Source of the DNA: an uncultured Candidatus Binatia bacterium
GTDB lineage: Bacteria; Desulfobacterota; Binatia; Bin18
Length of the DNA: 64,000 bases
Direction: 5' to 3'
Assembly (NCBI GenBank): GCA_965200965.1
Contig: OZ241744.1
Span: forward strand, 320,001 to 384,000
The translations under genes were made by a program, and so were the position numbers. Below the pieces are notes generated by a model, which did not search any database, was not told the DNA's origin, and saw only the letters and a list, made by a program, of their open reading frames with translations. Below are positions 58,087-64,000 of the stretch, in pieces. The stretch's first letter is position 1; each line of letters starts with the position of its first letter.

Positions 58087-60417
58087 ATGCAAATTAGTCG
58101 GGAATTTGAAAGTGCCCTGACCTTGGCCATTAAAGAAGCCAGACGCCACCGGCACGAGTTTCTGTGTCTTGAGCATGTGTTATACGCCCTGTCGTTTGAC
58201 GAGGATGTGGCCGAAATTATCCGCAGTTGCGGCGGGGATGTGGAGCAGCTGCAAAAGGACTTGCTGAAATTCTTTGAGGAGAACATCGAGTCCTTGCCCG
58301 AAGAGAGCGATGTCGATCCGCAGCAGACCTCGGGCTTTCGGCGGGTGTTGCAGCGGGCGGCCATGCATGTCCAGTCCAACGGCAAAGATATTGTCGAGGG
58401 GCGCAATTTCCTGGTCGCGCTGTTCCGAGAAAAAGACAGCCACGCCCTGTACTTTTTACAAAAGCAGGGCATCAGCCGTCTGGATGTGCTGAACTACATC
58501 TCGCACGGCATCTCCAAGGTCCAACCCGATGAGGAGGACGAACCGGCCACCGGACCGGAGACTGACGGCCCAGACGAAGAGGGCGAGGCCCGCCCGGCCA
58601 AAGATCCGCTCAAGGCCTTTACGGCTGATCTGGTCCAACGCGCCAGAGACGGCGAGATTGACCCCCTGATCGGCCGCGAGGTCGAGGTCGAACGCACGGT
58701 CCATGTGCTGTGCCGGCGGCGCAAGAACAATCCGGTCTATGTGGGCGATTCCGGGGTAGGAAAAACGGCCATCGCCGACGGGCTGGCGCTTCAGATTGCC
58801 AACGGTGAGGTGCCCGAGGTGATCAAAGACGCCAAGATATACTCTCTGGATATGGGCGCGGTGCTGGCTGGCACGAAGTTTCGTGGCCAGTTTGAGGAAC
58901 GGCTGAAAGCTGTGCTGAACGCGCTCCGGAAAGATCCAAACGCCATTTTGTTTATTGATGAGATTCATACCATTGTCGGGGCCGGGGCAACGAGCGGCGG
59001 CTCAATGGACGCCTCGAATATCCTCAAACCCGCCCTGGCATCCGGGAAGCTGCGCTGCATTGGCGCGACGACCTACCACGAATACCGCAGTTATTTTGAG
59101 CGTGACCGCGCTCTGGCGCGGCGCTTTCAGAAGATCGAGGTCCACGAACCCAGTATCGAAGACGCGGTCAAGATTCTGGAGGGCCTGAAATCGTACTACG
59201 AGGACCACCACGGCGTGTCCTACACCAACGACGCGCTCAAGGCTGCGGCCGAGTTGTCGGCAAAATACATCAACGACCGCTTCCTGCCCGACAAAGCGAT
59301 TGACGTCATTGACGAGGTCGGGGCGGCCTTCAAGATCAAAACGAGCACCAACGAGGCCAAGGTTATTGGCGAGACCGATATTGAGGCGGTCGTGGCAAAG
59401 ATCGCCCGGATTCCGCCCCGCAGCGTGTCAATTTCCGACAAGGATCGGCTCCAGCGGCTCGACGCTGACCTCAAAAAGGTGGTCTTTGGCCAAGACCCGG
59501 CCATTGCGGTGATTGTCCGAGCCATCCGTCTGGCCCGGGCCGGCCTTGGTCAGCCAGAAAAGCCGGTTGGGTCGTTTCTGTTCTCCGGCCCGACCGGGGT
59601 AGGCAAGACCGAGGTGGCCAAGCAGTTGGCCCAGACCCTGGGTTTGCAATTCCTGCGCTTTGATATGAGTGAATACATGGAGAAGCATACGGTCTCACGG
59701 CTGATCGGTGCCCCGCCGGGCTATGTCGGCTTTGACCAGGGCGGGCTGCTGACCGAGGCGATCACCCGCAATCCCCATTCGGTGCTGTTGCTGGACGAGA
59801 TCGAAAAAGCCCACCCCGACCTGTTCAACATCCTGCTCCAGGTCATGGACCACGCCACCCTGACCGACAACAACGGCAAAAAAGCCGACTTCCGGCACGT
59901 CATCCTGATTATGACCAGCAATGCCGGGGCGCGCGAAATGGCCGCCACCGCGATTGGTTTTGGCGAACAGTCCAACGAGGGCAAAGACCAGCAGGCGATT
60001 GAAAAGCTGTTCAGCCCCGAGTTCCGCAACCGCCTTGACGGCATTGTCCACTTCCGGCCCCTGCCACCCGAGGCGGTTGAGCGGGTGGTGGACAAGTTCA
60101 TGAAAGAGCTGATCGATCAGTTGGCCGAGAAGAGTGTAAGCATCTCTCTGACCGACGATGCCCGTCGCTATCTGGCCGAAAAGGGCTATGACAAAACCTA
60201 CGGCGCGCGCCCTATGGCCCGCCTGATTCAGAGCGAGGTCAAACAAGTCCTGGCCGATGAGATTCTGTTCGGCCAACTCCAGAACGGCGGCACGGTCGAG
60301 ATTGACTTGGGCGAAGACGGTCTGGCGTTTCGTTATCAGTCCCGGACGGCTGCCAAGACGGACAAAGCCGCGCCGGCCGAGTCGGCCCCGGAGGTGGTCA
60401 GCGACCAACAGGACTGA
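58087..60417 (+). CDS. clpA: ATP-dependent Clp protease ATP-binding subunit ClpA
   Basis: Two AAA+ modules ([16 protein letters not shown]), IGF loop, no M-domain, downstream of clpS. Confidence 0.96.
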   Translation: MQISREFESALTLAIKEARRHRHEFLCLEHVLYALSFDEDVAEIIRSCGGDVEQLQKDLLKFFEENIESLPEESDVDPQQTSGFRRVLQRAAMHVQSNGKDIVEGRNFLVALFREKDSHALYFLQKQGISRLDVLNYISHGISKVQPDEEDEPATGPETDGPDEEGEARPAKDPLKAFTADLVQRARDGEIDPLIGREVEVERTVHVLCRRRKNNPVYVGDSGVGKTAIADGLALQIANGEVPEVIKDAKIYSLDMGAVLAGTKFRGQFEERLKAVLNALRKDPNAILFIDEIHTIVGAGATSGGSMDASNILKPALASGKLRCIGATTYHEYRSYFERDRALARRFQKIEVHEPSIEDAVKILEGLKSYYEDHHGVSYTNDALKAAAELSAKYINDRFLPDKAIDVIDEVGAAFKIKTSTNEAKVIGETDIEAVVAKIARIPPRSVSISDKDRLQRLDADLKKVVFGQDPAIAVIVRAIRLARAGLGQPEKPVGSFLFSGPTGVGKTEVAKQLAQTLGLQFLRFDMSEYMEKHTVSRLIGAPPGYVGFDQGGLLTEAITRNPHSVLLLDEIEKAHPDLFNILLQVMDHATLTDNNGKKADFRHVILIMTSNAGAREMAATAIGFGEQSNEGKDQQAIEKLFSPEFRNRLDGIVHFRPLPPEAVERVVDKFMKELIDQLAEKSVSISLTDDARRYLAEKGYDKTYGARPMARLIQSEVKQVLADEILFGQLQNGGTVEIDLGEDGLAFRYQSRTAAKTDKAAPAESAPEVVSDQQD

Positions 60418-60475
60418 AGAAGTTATCGGACTGCCTGTTTCAAGAAACCTTGCCTGGCATCGTCTGGCCTGTGCC

Positions 60476-61126
60476 GTGCTGGGTCGGCTGGCGGTGTGTG
60501 TCGGCTTGGCACTGAGCAGCTTGGCCGTCGCCGATGGGTCGTGTGTAGCACGGTCCGCGTGCCCTGCCACCGATCCGGCTGAGTTGGGCAAGGGGAAGCT
60601 GCTGGTGGCCGGTCGCCAACTCGCCGACCCCAACTTTGCCCAAACGGTTGTGCTGCTGCTCGGCTATGGGCGGCTGGGGGCACTCGGCGTCATTATCAAC
60701 CGTCCCACCGCGGTCCGGCTGTCCGATGTCTTGCCCGACTCTTTCCGCGTCACGCCCCAGGCTGGGGTGGTGTACAGTGGCGGGCCGGTCGCCACCACCG
60801 CCATGCTGCTGCTGTTTCGCGCCGAGCGGTACCCTGACGAGACCGAGCACATCTTTGCCGATGTCTACCTGAGCGGCAGTCAGACCGTGGTAGAGGACAA
60901 GTTCGCCCGGGGCGGCCTGTTTCGGATGTATGCCGGTCATGCCGGCTGGGCTCCCGGCCAACTCGACAACGAGGTTGCCAGGGGTGACTGGCACATCGTC
61001 CCGGCCGATATCGACACGGTGTTTCGCAAACCCGCGGAAAACATGTGGTCTGAGTTGATTCAGCGCGGCACCGGCCGTTGGGTGAACTTTCAGCCGTCGC
61101 TCTTGGCGGAGCTTGGCCGAGGCTGA
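60476..61126 (+). CDS. YqgE/AlgH (UPF0301) family protein with hydrophobic N-terminus
   Basis: DPNFAQTVVLL, GVIINRP, GGPV, GHAGWAPGQLDNE..GDW; start uncertain. Confidence 0.82.
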   Translation: MLGRLAVCVGLALSSLAVADGSCVARSACPATDPAELGKGKLLVAGRQLADPNFAQTVVLLLGYGRLGALGVIINRPTAVRLSDVLPDSFRVTPQAGVVYSGGPVATTAMLLLFRAERYPDETEHIFADVYLSGSQTVVEDKFARGGLFRMYAGHAGWAPGQLDNEVARGDWHIVPADIDTVFRKPAENMWSELIQRGTGRWVNFQPSLLAELGRG

Positions 61127-61166
61127 ACAACTCGACACCCGCCACAGACCGGAGGGGAGACGCTGC

Positions 61167-61577
61167 ATGAATGCCTTGGAAGAGGGCACTGAAGCCCAGC
61201 TTGACTTCAAGAAGTTAGCCAGTATTGCCGCCAAAGGGCTGGACGTGGTTCCGGTCGTCCTGCAACACGCCCGGACGGGCGAGGTGTTGTTTATCGGCTA
61301 CGCCAACGAATCGGCCTTGCACGAGACCCTGCGCCGCAGCCAAGCCGTGCTGTGGTCAACCTCGCGCAACGAGCTGTGGCATAAGGGGGCGACCTCGGGC
61401 GATGTGCTTGACCTCGTTGAAGTACGCCTTAACTGTGAGCAGAACTCGCTGCTGTACCGCGTTCTGCCCCGCCGGGGCGGGGTGTGTCATACCAAAGATC
61501 GCTACGGCCAGACCAGACCGGGCTGCTACTACCGGCGGATTACACGGGGCGGCGACGGCCTGGAGTTTGTGGAATAG
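61167..61577 (+). CDS. hisI: Phosphoribosyl-AMP cyclohydrolase-like protein (HisI fold)
   Basis: WSTSRNELWHKGATSG, NCEQNSLL, GVCHT, GCYYR. Confidence 0.78.
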   Translation: MNALEEGTEAQLDFKKLASIAAKGLDVVPVVLQHARTGEVLFIGYANESALHETLRRSQAVLWSTSRNELWHKGATSGDVLDLVEVRLNCEQNSLLYRVLPRRGGVCHTKDRYGQTRPGCYYRRITRGGDGLEFVE

Positions 61578-61588
61578 GAGGGAAGCGT

Positions 61589-62440
61589 ATGGAGATCGGC
61601 GTTTTCAGTTTCAATACCGAAGACACAGTGGCGGCCGATGAGCTGGCCAGAGAGTGCGAAGCGCGGGGGTTTGAGTCGCTGTGGCTGCCCGAGCACACTC
61701 ATATTCCGGCCAGCCGGGCGTCCCCCTTCCCGGGCGGCGGCGAGTTGCCCCGGGAGTACGCCCATATGTCCGACCCCTTCATTGGCCTAGCCGCGGCCGC
61801 GGCGGTGACAACTCGGCTCAAACTTGGCACTGGCATCTCGCTCGTGACCGAACACGACCCGATTGTACAGGCCAAGCAGGTCGCCTCGCTGGACCGGATT
61901 TCAAACGGGCGGTTCATCTTTGGCATTGGTGCCGGCTGGAACAAAGAAGAGATGGCCAACCACGGCACCCCGCCGGGCAAGCGCTGGCAGGTCCTGACCG
62001 AGCGCGTCCAGGCCATGAAAGCCCTGTGGAGCCAGGATGAGGCCAGCTATCATGGCGAGTTTGTGCAGTTTGAGCGGGTGTGGTCCTACCCCAAGCCGCT
62101 GACCAAACCCCACCCGCCCATTCTGCTGGGCAGTCTGAGTTCGCGGCTGGGCCGCCAGCGGACGGTTGATCTGTGCGACGGCTGGATTCCGGTTGAAACG
62201 GTGATTGACGACATGCCGGCCGCCATTGCCGACCTGCACGACCGGGCCAGGGCCGCTGGCCGCGACCCGGCCTCCATCCCCATCTCCTTCTTCCTGGTCC
62301 ACGCCCCGGGTCTGGACCGCCTCGAACGCTACAAAACACTCGGCGCGGTCCGCACCGTTGTCCGCGCGCCCACCGCCGGCCGCGACGCCGTCCTGCCGTT
62401 TCTGGACACCTACGCCGAGTTCGCCCGCCGGCTGGCCTGA
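61589..62440 (+). CDS. LLM-class, probable F420-dependent oxidoreductase (Rv2161c-like)
   Basis: GFESLWLPEHTHIP, DPFIGLAAAAAVT, AKQVASLD, GAGWNKEEM, YPKP. Confidence 0.88.
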   Translation: MEIGVFSFNTEDTVAADELARECEARGFESLWLPEHTHIPASRASPFPGGGELPREYAHMSDPFIGLAAAAAVTTRLKLGTGISLVTEHDPIVQAKQVASLDRISNGRFIFGIGAGWNKEEMANHGTPPGKRWQVLTERVQAMKALWSQDEASYHGEFVQFERVWSYPKPLTKPHPPILLGSLSSRLGRQRTVDLCDGWIPVETVIDDMPAAIADLHDRARAAGRDPASIPISFFLVHAPGLDRLERYKTLGAVRTVVRAPTAGRDAVLPFLDTYAEFARRLA

Positions 62441-62461
62441 GGCGATAAAGGTCTTCCGCCC

Positions 62462-64000
62462 ATGAATTTCAACACTGCCAACATGACGTTTCGTCAGCTT
62501 ATGGGAAATGGGCTGAGCTATCGCGTTCCGAAGTTTCAACGCGACTATTCCTGGGGCCCCGACGAGTGGGACGATTTATGGCAGGATATTGTCGGGCTGT
62601 CCGGTGAGGACCCAGAGCCGGTGCATTACATGGGCTATCTGGTGTTGCAATCCGCGGACAGCAAGCTGTTCGATATTATTGACGGACAGCAGCGTATGAC
62701 GACGCTTAGCCTGTTGATGTTGGCCGCGATAGCGCATCTGACAGACTTGGCGGTGCCGGACGATCCGGCTGACCCGCAAAATCGACGGGCTGAGCAGTTA
62801 CGGAGCACCTACATCGGCTATCTGGACCCGGTGAGCTTGGTCCCGCGCTCCAAGCTGTCGCTGAATCGCCACAACGATCGTCTCTATCAGGACTACCTCG
62901 TCCCCCTCGATCGGTTGCCACAGCGGGGGTTGAACGCCTCGGAACATCTCTTGCGCCGGGCATTTGCTTGGCTCAAGGAGCACATCAAAGACCAATCGGG
63001 TAAGGATGGGCAATCGGTGGCCCGCTTTGTCGATGTGACAGCAGACAAACTGTTTTTTACCGTCATCACAGTCGCGGACGAGTTAAACGCCTTTAAGGTT
63101 TTTGAGACGCTGAACGCGCGTGGGGTGCGCCTGTCCGCGACCGATTTGTTGAAGAACTATCTGTTCTCTGTTGTCTCGCGTGGCGGTGCGCATGAAGCGG
63201 AGATCAAAACGCTGGAAGAGCGCTGGGAGGGGATCGTCGGACTGCTAGGCAGCGAGAGTTTTCCCGAGTTTTTGCGTGTCTTCTGGAACAGTCACAACCG
63301 GCTAGTGCGGAAGGCGGATTTGTTCAAAACTATTCGTGGCGCGATCACGGACAAGGCCGGGGCGTTTGAATTGATTCGCGCTATGGATCGGCACGCGCGG
63401 GTGTACACGGCTTTGCGTAGCCCAGAGGACGGCTCTTGGACACACAAGGAGCGCGCTAACCTTGCCTTGTTGCAGATGTTCAATGTGCGTCAGCCCTTGG
63501 CCTTACTGTTGTCAGCCTTTGATCGGTTTGCGGAAGCCGAGCGGGCCGAGTTTGCCCGTCTCCTGCGGGCCATCGCTGTCGTGTCGTTTCGCTACAATGT
63601 GATCTGTGGTCGCAAGAGCAATGAACAGGAGGCGGTATATAACCATATTGCTCGGGAAATTTCGGCGGGCCGTCTTGGCAATGCAACAGCCGCGATTGAG
63701 GGACTGCGAGACGTGTATCCAGGGGACGAGGAATTCAAGGCAGCGTTCGCGGATAAGGCGCTGCGGACCACCAGCAGCCGGAATAATAAGGTCGTGCGCT
63801 TTATCCTGTTCCAGCTCGAAAAGAAGTTATCTGGAAAGGCGTTTGATTTCGAGAGCGCGAAATACGGCATTGAGCATGTGTTACCGAAGAATCCCGGCGA
63901 GGACTGGGAACAGTTCGATGAACAACAGCGGGAGGCGTTTACCTACCGTCTGGGGAACCTCACGCCTCTGGCAACTGCGGAGAATCGTGAGTTGGGCAAT
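62462..64000 (+). CDS. DUF262 + DUF1524 (GmrSD/SspE-like) protein, 3' end beyond the window
   Basis: Manual translation: VPKFQRDYSW, HYMG, IIDGQQRMTT, FETLNARG..LSATDLLKN, IEHVLPKNP, LGNLTPL; absent from ORF track because no stop lies in the window. Confidence 0.88.
   Translation, partial: MNFNTANMTFRQLMGNGLSYRVPKFQRDYSWGPDEWDDLWQDIVGLSGEDPEPVHYMGYLVLQSADSKLFDIIDGQQRMTTLSLLMLAAIAHLTDLAVPDDPADPQNRRAEQLRSTYIGYLDPVSLVPRSKLSLNRHNDRLYQDYLVPLDRLPQRGLNASEHLLRRAFAWLKEHIKDQSGKDGQSVARFVDVTADKLFFTVITVADELNAFKVFETLNARGVRLSATDLLKNYLFSVVSRGGAHEAEIKTLEERWEGIVGLLGSESFPEFLRVFWNSHNRLVRKADLFKTIRGAITDKAGAFELIRAMDRHARVYTALRSPEDGSWTHKERANLALLQMFNVRQPLALLLSAFDRFAEAERAEFARLLRAIAVVSFRYNVICGRKSNEQEAVYNHIAREISAGRLGNATAAIEGLRDVYPGDEEFKAAFADKALRTTSSRNNKVVRFILFQLEKKLSGKAFDFESAKYGIEHVLPKNPGEDWEQFDEQQREAFTYRLGNLTPLATAENRELGN

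Noticed and set aside
1-64000. CRISPR array, prophage, IS element or rRNA
   Set aside because: No regularly spaced repeats, cas, phage structural, transposase or rRNA signatures seen by eye; short MITEs could have been missed.

Overview
Mostly GC-rich bacterial core genome with several small accessory islets. The gene set (many LLM oxidoreductases, DUF1329, class I LysRS, tRNA-Arg(UCG), two MCE systems) suggests a Desulfobacterota/Binatia-like organism, but that is inference only. Housekeeping and metabolic genes: CoA-transferase III, ABC/FtsX exporter, GDPD, mlaEFDAC, DHH phosphoesterase, acs, cysS, tRNA-Arg, a glycosyltransferase cluster, fbaB, fbp, class III aminotransferase, AKR, dgt, an SCP2-type thiolase, a second MCE operon, class I lysS, pepN, clpS-clpA and a hisI-like gene. 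The standout is an intact, tightly coupled 10.8-kb three-gene operon on the minus strand (16904->6105). It encodes a NERD-pseudokinase-kinase-P-loop ATPase fusion (1328 aa), a 604-aa DptG/MAD7-like protein and a ~1664-aa protein with a PD-(D/E)xK motif and a HerA/FtsK-type ATPase. It resembles the effector half of MADS (mad6-8) or DndFGH, but has no modification module in the window, only a ~38-codon methyltransferase stub, and gene debris flanks it on both sides. Other islets: an ApaLI-like R-M pair broken by a deletion, an HNH pseudogene coupled to lysS and a DUF262-DUF1524 gene running off the window end. Also seen: an in-frame TGA in a DUF1329 gene and a C12-tract frameshift in a GT-C glycosyltransferase. 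Family calls come from motif recognition by eye; no searches were run.
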